From: Microbotryum violaceum
Taxonomy: Eukaryota
Direction: 5' to 3'
Assembly (NCBI GenBank): GCA_001244265.2
Contig: CDLV01000010.1
Span: 1-64,000 of the forward strand
Length of the DNA stretch: 64,000 nucleotides
Shown: positions 12,452 to 27,453 of the stretch, piece by piece
Position numbering within the stretch: position 1 is the first letter of the stretch
Layout of the letters: each line of letters begins with the position of its first letter
Notes under the pieces: generated by a model
What the model was told of the DNA's origin: nothing
Database searches by the model: none
What the model saw: the letters and a program-made list of their open reading frames with translations, nothing else
Program-made: the position numbers and the translations under genes

Positions 12452-15130
12452 TCACACTCGGAGTTTGAGATACGATCGTCCCCAATCAACGAAGCAAAGA
12501 GGGCCATTGTTGGGTCGAACCAGTACGTTGCCGGCCCTGACATCATTGTGGATGATGCCGAGTTCCCTGAAAGCCGCCTCGATCTCCCTGCACCTCCCGT
12601 GGAAAAAAGAAAAAGACTCAGAGGGTCAGGAATCCGCGCGGCCTCTTGACCGGCTTGCACATGGCTGGATCAGTGCGCCGCCCTGCAGGAACTTACCACG
12701 ATTCGCCCGGCGATCCGTAAAAGTCGGCCTCATTCATCGGTTTGCCCACATTCTCAAGCACCATGGCGTATCCGTTGCCATTCGTCCTTCGATATGTGCC
12801 GTGATATTGCGGGATATGTTTTCGAAGATGCTCGGGGAGGTGGGGCAAGACGTGCTGGTAAAACAGCGTCTCGCGGATGACGGAGCCGACGTATCTACAC
12901 GTCACGAGCTTGAGAAAGTACGTCGTATTCGGAGCAGGGTGATCAAAAAGGGGTGCCTCGGCTTTGGCCGATGAGCACAAAGGTCGGTTGACTTGCACCA
13001 CCTTCGCAAGCCACCCTCCGGCAGTACTTCCCGACCCGACCTCCTTCTCCAGACGAAGATCCGCAGTGGGCTCGAACCGATCCAAGAGTTCGAGGGGGAT
13101 TCGATCGTCCTTGAGCTCTTCCCGGGGGTTTTCGGACAGCCATCGCAAAACCACATCGGACAGATGGAGGCCCCGAATAAAATCGCTGGCTGGGGAAGGC
13201 TTTGACGGCAGACGGGACGCAAGGGGCGAGTCGGAAGGAACCGAAGAGACGATATCAAACCCGATCTCGACCAATTCCACGCGGCTTGTGCCCGTGTACG
13301 ACTGCACAAGAGCAGGAAGTAAACAATCCTTTCTGTGAGCTGGGCTACAAGGGCTAGGACGGGAGCAGCATGGTAGAGCGCGTGACGCACCATCGTAGAC
13401 CAGTACGCGCTCGACAAGCTGGCCTTGATCACGAACCCACGATCTTGAACTATGGTGATCGATTTCGACGGGAGGCCCGAGCCGGAGAGCGGCGAGGTCG
13501 CAGGACTCCAATCCGTCGATGCAGGAGGGGACGAGAAGATGCGAGTCACAGGCGTCAACGGATCAAATGAGGGATCACTTTGCAACCCTACGGAGATGGG
13601 CGGGGTGACCGGTCGATTCGAGTCCTTGGTTTGAGCTCGCGGTGGTTGGCCTGCCAGTCGCCCGAACGACGAGCATCGGTGGCTTCGATCGAAGTCTTCG
13701 AGGCTTTTTGGACCCGCGGGGAGGGTTCATAGTTAGGGTCCAAGTCCGGATCGGAGCGACGACGAGGCAGATTCGGAGGTTGAAATTGAGGATTGAGCAG
13801 TGTATCAATGACGGCTTGGTCCGGCTTAGGGACTTCGATAACGGCTGTGAAAGCCAGGGCGATAAACGACACGATGAGTGACCGTCGTGGAAGATCAGCG
13901 CCAAGTGTTTCGGCCGCGTCTGGGTTCATGGTCGTCGGAGAGGGCTCTACCCATCGGGCCAGTTCTTGTAGAATCAGGCTGTACCTGGCCTTAGGGGCGG
14001 TGCCGGTGAGTACGCGGTCGCAGCCGAGATTGAGGCAGACGCCGCTGAGGTCGACGCTACGGGATCGCTTGCCGTTGCAGCATGCGTCGACTGGTGCTGG
14101 ACTGTGGGCGGGCGAATGGCCAAAGCAAGACCGCATGATCGCATGCGTCAGTGGGGCCCGGAAAGTTTCGACAGGTTTCGGTGAGTTCAAATCTACGACG
14201 TACCCAGTTCACCAATTTGGAAGAACGGAACCGACAGCAGCAAAAAGAATCGACTCTCGCTAGAGACGCATTGGATGATGGCCTTCACGAGCATGAAAAA
14301 TATGAAATGAGTAAACGCAGATATTCGAGGCCGAATCGAGAAAGCGTATGTCCAAGCCTGCAAGAATGCATGCCTCACCTTGGTCGCCACAGCATCTGCA
14401 CCCTTCGACTCTTCTTCCTCTAGTTTCTGAAGTGGCACTGGGGCCCCGTGGTCGAGTGCGGGATACGCGAGAGGCGACCTTTGGCGTACCTTGGCCAAGC
14501 TATGGTGTACGTTGTCCCGCTTGTATTCGATCGAGATATTTGAAACGACGTTGCCAGCCCCACGTTGAATGTAGACGACAGCATCGCCCTGCGTGCGGAG
14601 AGCACTTTCAGGTTGGTCCAACCGAACCGAGTACCTGGGTCTCGTGGCGGAGGTCGATGTGGAAGCGGAAGAAGCTCCGACGGCCTCGATGATCGCGGCA
14701 TAATGGTTGAGCAGCGCCGCCGTCGCAGGTCGTAGACCGTAGCAAAGAGGTCTGCAAACGAAATCTCGACGTTGCGTTCGTTCTTCCGAGCCATCTCGCT
14801 GTAAGGAGCATTGCTGATGGCGTCCACCTTCTCGCGGAACAGGTCCAGCAATGAGGGGTGTTGCTCGAGTATATCGAAGAAAGAGCCGAGAACCCTGGCG
14901 CCAGGTGACGCGGGTGAGTCCCATTTCAATCCTCCCAGCCGGGCGACGCAATCGTAGGCGGTCGTCCCAGCATCGGCTTGAACGCGCGAAGAAGTTGAGT
15001 GACACGCTCCATCATGGTGCGGTGGCGGGAGAAACCAGCTGGATGGAGCACAAGTAGCGAGGAGTCGGGTGAGCGTTGGTGGCCGAGAGTTGGAGGAAAC
15101 AATTGGCGTCGTTTCGTTGGAAGAAGCCAT
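12452..15130 (-). pseudogene. Large protein with C-terminal protein-kinase-like domain and possible N-terminal PD-(D/E)xK nuclease fold; frameshifted
   Basis: FLKLV...RETLFY...MVLENVG, then a last exon IIHNDVRAGNVLV...LCFVDWGRSYLKLRV* read by hand at 12452-12590. The N-terminal part has GDAVV...ISIEYKR. Coding frame changes across ORFs 14420-15130, 14193-15005, 13575-13904, 12902-13585 and 12693-13511. Confidence 0.65.
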
Positions 15131-16649
15131 ACAGAGCGAGATGCTGGAGGTGATCAGGCCCCAAGTGGACGGTGGGAAGTGAAGAGGGCCCCGGCGGGCG
15201 CGGCGAGTGCAGGCGAATGCCGCGCGCCACTAGCCAGATCGGCAGGTCCATTAAGCCGGCCAAATGAACTCGTGCGCTTACGCGCGATATAAGGCAGCTT
15301 TTCTGTTATTTGGCCCGGGGAAAGCTTTGTAAAGAGTTGGCATACCATTGCTGCCCCCTCTTGCCCACCCCGGCACGGGGCACCTCTCTAGACGCCCCAC
15401 AAGCCGTGGAGCAAAATCTTTTTAGCTAGCTAGTCCGTGAAAGACCTATCCTTACAGACAATACCGCGAGGGCGGCCGACTAGGCTCACTGGCAGCGCCA
15501 GCGAATGACCGAAGCCCTGTTTCGGAGATCGGCGAGCGATCTCGGCCGGCCCTCCTCTCAAAACTCTCAAAATCATGGCAAAGGGTGCTCCGAGTCGTAG
15601 CATCCGGTGTGCGAGGATCGTGCTGGACAGCGCGAGATAGCAGTTGGCGAGCAGTTCAAATTGGCGCAACCTTCACAGATGCATTGCAAATGCACTCCGG
15701 AATTACAAATGCGACGTGGGATTTCGAGTAGTCCCGGGATGATCCCGGGATGACTTCACTACAATGAGCGCGCATCGACCCCACATGGGACGCCGGAAGA
15801 GCGCCGAGCTTCGACGCTCGTCCACAGCCTTCGAGCGAACAGTTGTGCACCAAGGGATGCATATTGTTATAGACTTAACAAGTAGTGTTTTTCCTATGGA
15901 GCGATTTGGTGTAGGTGACTTGCTCGTGAGAGAGTGGGTCCTGAAGCTCTCCGAGCCTCGCGCCTCCGCCCTGAACCCCCCATCGCGAGAACATCTTGCG
16001 CCGCTGCACGGATCACGCAAGCGGACGCCACGACCTACAAAACGTTAAGGGTACTCCTAGCATACCCTATTGAGTACGTAGGATGTACTGCGACCTGTAC
16101 TCGTGTGCGAGTTTGACGACGCGGGCGACAATGAGGTCGAACACGTCGGCGGGCACCAACTGAGCAATGAGCAAGTGCAAAGTACCTTAGAGTCGGTATA
16201 TTCATCACCGCGGTGGTTCGATGTCTCAGGCGCATGTAACACCAAAGATAGTATCTGCTCGAGCGGGATGAAAGCAAGAGAGACTGAGGGGAGGAAGGGC
16301 CGAGGGAACAAAACTTCTATGGTGCCAGGTTCGTGAACGCTAAACTTTCATTCCGAAGTCGAAGGGTCCAACCAGATCGCACACATGACTTCGCTGTTCC
16401 ACAGTGGTGTGATATTTCTAACGGATAGCCTTCTGGACTAGGTACTCATCTGGCCTCCTAAATGCGAGGTTGACTAATATGGAAGGTATTGCAAGTAATG
16501 TTTTTCAGGCTCGACCCCCGGCACATTCGATTCCACCGTCACGTCTGCTCATAATGAACGTGATTTTTTGGCAAGCAAAGACGTATGAAAACTACCAGCG
16601 ACGTGGGCAAACCGGTCCACAAGGACCGGATCGAGAAAAGAGAAGCATA

Positions 16650-18043
16650 TCAGGTGATCCCAAGGCGGCTCATTGCAGTGCTGATGACGTCCTGGCGCGA
16701 GCGGCCGTCGTCTTGGGGCAGGACACTAAGCTCCAACTCGATATGACGCCGCTCACACAGCCGGCGCAGGGGATCCCATTGCGACTTGAGGAGGGACTGA
16801 TAGTGTTCCACCTCGCCAAAAGGGATCACGAATCGAAACACGGACCTGTAATCGGGGTTCTGGAGCAGTTGTACAAGATCGTATTGACGACCATTACTTG
16901 CTCGATCTTCAACACCTCGAGCCTCCCGAGCGACGGCAACGCGAGCATCTCGACAGCTTCTTTCGCCGACCTTTCCGAGACGTACTTTTCGCCCGTCTAA
17001 ACTCGCACTTGGATCGTAAGCCGTCAGAGTGGGATCGAAGCTGGGATGCTGGCGACGATCGGCTTAAAAGAAGTGTTGCCAAAGGCCAGAACGAGCATGT
17101 CCAAGGCTTGGCAATGCGACACTCCACGGCTCAAGATGCGCGCAAGTTTCTGGGTTTGGTTCGGATTGAGATCCTCGAGGCAGCCCAATGTTAAGCGCCT
17201 GAAATGAGTGCCGTCGGCCGAGAAGAGGCGCTGGAGAGGTGCATCGAGTGCGTCTCGAGCGAGATCTTTCTCGATAAACGTGATCCAGACCGATTTGAGC
17301 GCCGGAGTGTCGAAGCGACTGAACATGCGCTTGAGTATCGCGGCGCTGACGGGCTCGACGAATATCCAATCGAGCAGATTCGGCAAGACGAGGCGCGTCG
17401 CGGGCAACGAGCGCGGTCTGCGGCGAAGTGCCGCCCCACCCGACACCTCAAATCCTACAAGATCTGGTAGTCAAGAAAACAAGTCCGATCGGAAGAAACG
17501 GCTCAGATCGAACCTAGAATCAGTTTGGCTTCAAGGAATGTGGAGCGTTGCGCACTCGCCTTTCAGATTGTCGGCCATTTCCTGATCAAACTCGAGGTAG
17601 CACGGACCACCCCGAAGGGCCCTGAGGCGCACAACGCTGCAAATGACGGCCTTGCATGTGTGGCAGATCGTATCGCGACTCGCGTGGGAGTCGAATTGCG
17701 AGTCGCGCACCTTGATTGCCCACGCCCTGTCTTGTTTTGGTTTGTAGTTAGGATCGAGGGGATGCAGTTCGAGGCCGAGGACAGTGACCGGGACGCGGTT
17801 CGTAACCGCCGCACTCGATTCGAGAAACATCCTGGCCACTGAATGGTCAGGTAGAATCGCGCGGAGTGCTATGAGGTGGTGAGAGCGAACTTCCCATGCT
17901 TTACAAACATGTGAAAAAGAGCGAATGGCAGCGCACTTCTCCTCGGGTGTGAGCTTGTCGAGGTGGGCAACGATGCGGTTGAACACGTCGGCAGGTATCG
18001 ACTGGGCGAGTGAGTACCTTCGGGTCGTCGTATTCGTCGCCAT
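16650..18043 (-). pseudogene. F-box-like protein with leucine-rich C-terminus; internal stops
   Basis: N-terminus SIPADVFNRIVAHL...IRSFSHVCKAWE has F-box spacing. The downstream frame is interrupted by TGA (~17024) and TAG (~16997). Confidence 0.55.
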
Positions 18044-18863
18044 GGTGATTAGACTCGGCAGAAGAGATCACAAGGAAAAGGTCTCCTGCAGGATAGCGAT
18101 AAAAGGGAGAGCAAGTGAAATGAGAGAGGGGAAGAAGGACGTGTCGAGTTTGCGACAGCCGCCCTCGACGAGATTTGTCCCCCCCCCCTCGCGCATTGAC
18201 CGCGACCTCCTGTGTCTTTCGAAAGCGATCGGTTTGGAGCTTGCTCGTTCCTAAAGTGGCTTCGAGCTCCCTTGAAGGTGATCGCGGATCGTTGATTTTA
18301 GTGATCAGCTGCTATATTGGGTATTACGTCTTGAAATACCAAAGATAAAAATTCCAAGGCATCCTGGGTATCACAATGTCGAGGCATATTCTTCATCTGG
18401 ACCAAAGCGGACCTCGACCTGACCCAGCGACCAATGAACGATAACAATAGCCAAAGCGAAGTGAGTACACACCTTCGACATAAATAGAACACTTTTTAGG
18501 ACATTTGCAGCCTCTACAGCTCAAAACCTATCGCTTTGCTGAGTGTTCCTTCAAGTTAACGACCTGAAAACACAGCCCCGCTTCATTTAATTCGAGCGCA
18601 GGGAGAAAGTGTCGTACCATGTGACAATGAGAGCAGGAACCTCGAGCTTCGAGGATCAGTTGCGATATGTTATTGATGATCGAATCGACTGTGGCGTTAA
18701 AGTCCGTACCACCAGAAACACAGTCGACCTTGATCGACAATTTAATATCGCGCACGGAGCAAATGCGCCTCACAGCAAACCCCCTGAAATGGGATGATCC
18801 GGGATCGGGCCCGATTATAAATCCCGCATCCAATTTGCGAATTGAAAGCCGAATGTGCGTTAT

Positions 18864-19074
18864 ACTTGAAAAAAGTGACAGGCGACGTCGGCAGGGATGA
18901 CGTCGTCTACACGCGAGAGGCGGGGGCGTCGAGGAGTGTCGGCTGTGGCGGCTGCAGTCGACTAGGGAGCGACCGAGGGTGTCGATCGAGAAGCTCGCAG
19001 GAAATTCGACGCCCCCGCCTCTCGCGTGTAGACGACGTCATCCCCGCCGACGTCGCCTGTCACTTTTTTCAAGT
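18864..19074. repeat. 69-bp inverted repeat (1 mismatch) around a 73-bp spacer; MITE/fold-back-like
   Basis: ACTTGAAAAAAGTGACAGGCGACGTCGGC(A/G)GGGATGACGTCGTCTACACGCGAGAGGCGGGGGCGTCGA at 18864-18932 and its reverse complement at 19006-19074. Confidence 0.9.
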
Positions 19075-19849
19075 CCGGCATTGCCGACAACGCTCCTTAC
19101 ATCTACAACCGCTTCGTACCCGCCCTGGACGAGCATTCGCCCCCATCCTTTGATCCCGAGTCGTCAGCCTCCTCTCCGTTGTCGAACTCGTCCCCTACAA
19201 ACGCGTCACTGTCTCTCACGACTTCCCTCAGAGTCCGACGACGAACGCGTTGCTCCTTCTTACCCTTTCTTCCTTTCTTTCAACCATCTCGCCCCCTCCC
19301 CGCCACCGTTCACCCCGAATCGTCGACTGTTGAGTCGAGAGTTCGCCATGGCCGAAGAACGCGACACGTCCTGCGCCCTTGCCGAAGACAGCGTCACCCC
19401 TCTCCGCGACGACGAGGCCGAACGCGCGAAACCGCCTCGCCGCCGCCCTGACGTCGCTCGAAGCTCGCCTCGAAGAATCCAAGGCACGACGTTTCGACTC
19501 CGATAACGAGTTCGCTGTCTGGAGAAGTTGGTGGACGACTTATTTGTCGCAGAAATGTTCTCAAGTGGAAACTGATGATGACCACGACTCAGTCCAATGA
19601 ACAGGGACGAGCACAGAGTGGCCAGAGACTAAGAGACAGACTCGCGGAAGGCTAGAAAGTGAAGCGTAAAGCTAATAAGGAAAGAGGATAGAGACTAGTA
19701 AAGTACTAGTAGGGAGATTGAGTGACTAAAGAGTGAATGACACGCCGCTAGGCTCAATCCCAAGTACCATAACAGGAACGATAATCAGATGAAGGACGGA
19801 ACAACCCATATGACCATATACAAATGACATTAATGAAAAACCTCGCTGA

Positions 19850-20390
19850 ACCAGCTGCGGCGCGGCTGGGTCAACTGAACCAGCCGTGGCGAGGGTCAGG
19901 GAGTTTTCGCCGGTGAGATCGGTCCCCCTGGACGTCCCCCGCACACATTTTTGGGACGCTCCAGCAATACCGCTGACCCCCTTTCTCGTACCCCTGGGGG
20001 AAAATCTCACAGCGGAATCAGGGACGGCCCTTCCTCGGCGGTGATCAACTCTCATTGGAGAGGGACATTGCCCGACCGGGAAGGGTTATGGACCGGGGCT
20101 CACCCGGAAAAATTGGTCAGTTTCACTGCGTTCAGGGAGTCGTATCTTTATCTCTTGTGCGACATCTCCACCTCCGACCTTTTCGACCGAGCCGTGTGAT
20201 CCAGCTTGTGGCGACGTTATTCTCACGTACGACGACCCGACAGCGCCGCCAATCCCCCCATGATTGGGCCGTTGACGCGATGAGGGATGCGATCCGGGAC
20301 GGGAACCCTCTTTGCTGGATGTCGCTTATGACTGCAGTGCGACGTCGTTGGCCGGATTGTAAGGACCTGAACGCCTCCGACTCCTGACAC
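19850..20390 (+). mobile_element. Possible retrotransposon gag-like remnant
   Basis: Frameshifted peptide ...QLVATLFSR...HDWAVDAMRDAIRDGNPLCWMSLMTAVRRRWPD resembles capsid-type W..L...RW spacing; weak. Confidence 0.25.
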
Positions 20391-21969
20391 GAGCGACCGG
20401 GCGCTCTCCTTTGCTCTCGAACAACGCTCTTCTTCCAGGGGTTCACCAGGGGTTCAACGCCTCTTACCATTGGTCTGGATCAGCCCTGTCGTGTATCAAG
20501 TCCGTGTCTCGGGTTTGGGATTCACTGGGATCAAAGACTGGCAGAGGAGAGGTGGTTGGGTCGGAGGAATTGGTCGCTTAGTGGAGTTTATTGAGCATGG
20601 ACCCTTGTTTAGTTTGACTGGCTCTCTTGCATAGCAAAAACAAAACCTGAAATAAGATGATCCCGGGATCGGGCCCCGATTTAATCCTGGATCGCATTTG
20701 AAAGGCATTTGAAATCGCTGCCGATTTCAAATGCATCGGGGCAGCGATTCCGAATGTGTTTCAACTCGCTGTGGATCGCGCGCCGCGATTTGAAACGCAT
20801 TTGAAATCGGCGCCCGGGGGCTTGCGCCGTGACTCGATCGAGCAGGGTTGGATCCTGAATGGCGGCCTCAAGATCCCCTTCTGTGGGCATGCGGCAGAAA
20901 GTGACATTGTCCATGTCCCACGACGGTTCATCAGTGGAGTCGTTTGATGGAGCGAGCGGCGACCGTGCGCGGATCGGTCGGGTTGGCATGTGGGATAACA
21001 CGGAGCTCGAGAATGTCTTGGGAGCGTAGCCATAGAGGTCGTCATTCACGTCACGAAGGGCACTGCATGAGTTGACATCTCTAGGGGGCAAGTTGTACAA
21101 TGGGGCGGCTGTTCTGGGCGGGGTCGGTGATCGCCCGAACGCAGACAGTGGCGTGCGATCTGGAAATTCGGGAGGCGTGACGACCCAGACGTGGAGAAGC
21201 AAGGGGTCATCTCGCGTCAATTGAGGAGTCGTGAGTGCAACTGGCGTTGAACGGCTCGAAACGAGGCGTTACACTATCGGGAGGGCGGAAGTCAAGGTCG
21301 TTATTGGCGAGTCCGATCATAGCATGACATGCAGGACAAGCGAAGCGCGCAGGGACTTTCCCAGTTGGGTCCGATAGTCACTCGATATCCCGGCGCCCTG
21401 AACCGCGTACGATGAAGCACCCTAGCTAGTATCCAGCTCTGATCGGTCCTTTAAGGCTCTGGCCATCAAGTGCGTAAGTAGACAAGTGCAATCTGGAGAT
21501 TTGGCGTCCACCTGCCCATCCATAGCTGAGGAACCGACGTTCGCATTTTCATTGTCGATCACGCTTCGGGTGAAAACCATGCGCCATGAGCTTAAATAAA
21601 TGCCTGACTGACTGTTCCTCCCCGCTCTGAAGTCAGTAGAAAAATCAAGAAGCAAATGCGCAGATTGAAATTGCAGAATCCACAATTAGCGGAGTGGGCA
21701 GACGGGTTAAGCTTGTAGAAATAGTCGGAGAAAATTTGTCGAAATCACATTCAAGTTGAAGCTGAATGAGGTCGACTCGAGCACCTCGGACGTTGATGAT
21801 CGAAGGGCAATGGACTCGTCTTGAGCTGTGGGTAGGTTTCGGATCGAGCAGTTGTTCGTAGGGGATGTGCCTGCCGGTGCCTGCTAGAGCGTGTCTGAGG
21901 GCGACTAATTCGACGGACGCGAAGTAGCGCGAAGCGGCAGGAAGCAGCGCGAAGAGGCAGGAAGAGGCA

Positions 21970-24100
21970 ATGAAAAGGCGCAGAGAGGCGCGCGAAGTAA
22001 CTGCGAAGAGCGCGAAGTTCGTCCCAACACGGCGCCGAAGCGCACGCTCAGGCTCTTGCCCCCGCCTCGTCTACAACCTCGTCGTCGTCCCTAGTCGCAA
22101 CGAACTCGGTCAATATATCGAGCTAGAGCGCTTGTGTCTTGACGCAGCATCTACATCGACGCCCCCCAGCTGCCTTCGTACGACCAGGCTTGCGGCCGGG
22201 AGGGACGCGCTCTGAGCCACTCGACCCTGGTACGAGCGCCCGAGAGGCGGCCTCGGGAGAGCGAGCATCAGCCAGAGCCGAGGGGATCTCCAAGGCGGTC
22301 CAGATGCAGCTCAACTTACAGTCCGGCCCTCAATACGTATTTCTTCAGCCCGCCGACCCCTGAGCAGCTTGCAACAAGCTCGGGCCCAAGGGGCACAACA
22401 TTGGCACCGAGAAAGCGCTGGACGAGGTCATAAAAGGTGTCAACATGGTGAGTCGACTGGGCTATTCGATCGCTTGGCAGCGTGAGCGTGTTAGTTTATT
22501 CCTTCGAGAGCTGAATCGCCTTTCAAAAGTCGTTTTTCACTGCTGGTATTCTCCTCGCGGTCAGTGGCGACGCTAATGTATTGGGGCGAGTTCTTGCCTG
22601 GCGGCCGGGGTGACTGACTGGTCGGTCGCCAGGCAAGAATTCGCCCTAATACATCAGCGTCGCCCTGACCGCGAGGAGACGGCCGAGACGACGGCCGACG
22701 TCGTGCTCCTGACCCGCGCTGTGGTCGCGCACGACCCAACCCTCCCGAATGTCTGGGCTTTTCCCAGTCACCCCGTTCCCCAAGCCGAGAAACCTGACGC
22801 CGATGCGGACCTCGACACCAACGTGAACTTCAACGCAAACGAAAACGGCAGTGGCCAGCATCAGAACGATGAGGCCGAGGCCGAGGACGCCGAGGACAAC
22901 GGGTGCGACCAGTACGACGAGGACGTGGCCAAGGTGGACCTGCTATGGGCCAAACGCTACTTCACGCACGTGGTTCCCATGTGCGAGACCAAAGCGGAAA
23001 AGAGTTCAGGTCCATGGATGTGTAGTTCGGACGATTGTCCGGTGCCGGTCGTCGAGCGAGGTTGTGGTGGCAAGAACGCCGTTTAGCCGATCACTGTCTT
23101 TGACGAGACGGTAGAGAAGGTCGACAGCTCTCCATTCTCTTCGGTGACCGTTCTGGAGTTGGTGACGAACACCCCGCAAGCAGCCATGACGTAGATTTTG
23201 AATCGGTCGCCACACAGGGTGAACCCGATCGCATGTTCTCGAATCGGCGTCGCAAGGGGTGCCGATAATCGTCTGAACAAATGGCCCTCGGCCCTGGAGT
23301 TGCCCGCTTTGGTCTCGTCGACGGCGGCCACGTGCGTGAAGGAGCGCGAGCGCTTGGCCCGGTTCACTTCGCCTCGTCCTCCTCGTCGTACTTGTCGGGC
23401 CAGCCGGTTCTTCACGCACGTGGCTGCGGTGAGCGAGACCAAAGCGGCGAAGAAGTCCAGGGCTAAGGACGTGTCTTTCGGACGGTTGTCGGCACTCCTC
23501 GCGACGCCAATCCGAGAACATGCGATTGGTTCACCCTGCAGGACAACCTTCTAAAAGTTTACGTCAGGCTGCTTGCGGGATGTCCTTTACCAACTCCAGA
23601 ACGGTCACCAAAGAGAATGGAGAGCCGCCGACCTACTCTACCATCTCATCAAACACAGTGATCGGCTAAACGGCGTTCTTGCCACCACGACCTCGCTGGA
23701 CGATCGCCACGGCCGGTTCACGCTCTGACCGGACTTCTTCCTGCCGGCGGACTCAGACTTCCGCTGGGGGGCAACGACGATATCCGACGTCGAGCTCGAG
23801 AAGTTTGTCTTTCGTCGACTCGGAGAGTGCGGTCGCGCGACGTTGATGTACGAAATCAGCGCTGGCGAGGGCACCAGCTGCAAGACCCGCGCAATGACGA
23901 TCACGTGAGTCAAGGAGTCGCGCAACTCGGACTTGGCCAAGATCGTCAACTTCATCCAAGAAAAGAGATCTCGAAGGCTCGGTCCGCTCATACTAGGCGT
24001 CTTCTGCACCGACTACAGGACTCTCCCGCGTTCCTGCCCAGCGATGAATCCTTTAAAGGTATCGTCCCGTGGGCCGAGGAGGTTGCCTTATGGCGGGAAC
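21970..24100 (+). pseudogene. Second FunK1-family copy; N-terminal part only, with internal inverted paralogous segment
   Basis: Collinear with 7120-8650 (TADVVLLTRAVVAHDPT, LATPIREHAIG, RRLGECGRATL). Multiple stops and frameshifts, 23040-23370 inverted, kinase catalytic loop absent. Confidence 0.8.
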
Positions 24101-25104
24101 GAGAACTTGTTCAAATATTACATTGAAGAATGGAATACTGTGTTCGGGTTGTCGTCTTGACGGAATGAAGTGTGTGAGTAGACGCTGCATGACAATGCAA
24201 GTGTTTCATTGTCAAAGGTCAAACTCTTGAGGTGCTTGCGTTTCTGAGTCCTTCCATCAGAAACAATTGCCTATCAGTTGGCGGAATCATATGAGTCAGA
24301 AAATTGATGAGAATAAAGCTACGACCAGAATTTCGGACTTTGAAGAAAAATCTCAAAAGTTAGCAATGAAGTGGAGGTCAGGTGGTGTGATCTTTGCGTG
24401 CCCAAGGGCGAGCCAGCTGGCGAAGCACCTATTCAGGAGTGCTCTGATCTCTAGCAAAAGAATGCTGATTCTAGATCTAGTAAAAGCTGTAACAATTTTA
24501 CTTGGAGATACAAATTACTATCGGAATATCTTAATAATCTCAAGTCGGCAACAACAGTTCTATGCTTAGTAGAAAAGATTGCCATCACTTTTGGTAATGA
24601 ATAGTTCGCGGCCGATCATGTCGACCAGGAGTCGAGCGCCGACGACTGAGCTCGTGAGGGCAATGACGAGGCGGCCATGTTGAAGCAGCGGTCAGTGGCC
24701 TTCACGAGGTTCCTCGAGCGTTGAGGTGAAGCCATTCAGCCACCACCACTCGCCAGAAGCCAGTCTGGATACAACTCGGAGGATGTTGACAGAAGACAAG
24801 CGGAACGGCTCGGAGGAGCTTTGCCGCCGACAAAGGGCGAGGCGCGAACTGCTGTGAAGTACTCACCTCCGGTCTTCCGAACGGATCGCACCTCCACTAA
24901 GCGGAGTCAACGCCTGTTTGGATCCAAAGTTGGGCCCGCTCGTTCAGTTGGTGCGGTAAATGCGGATGGTATCAACTACCATTGCCGAAACGCAGGCGCC
25001 GATCAAAGTCTTCTCGCTAGGCGAATAGCGCGAGGCAAAATCCTAAAAGCAAATTCAAGATGGACCAGTTGGGTGGTAGATTCACATTGCACATCAAGGC
25101 AAAG

Positions 25105-27453
<2,349 letters not shown>

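Noticed and set aside
16470-17000. 176-aa plus-strand ORF
   Set aside because: Antisense to the F-box-like pseudogene; non-ATG start and no motifs.
24120-25100. Possible gene or TE fragments
   Set aside because: No motif or internal match recognised; left unannotated.
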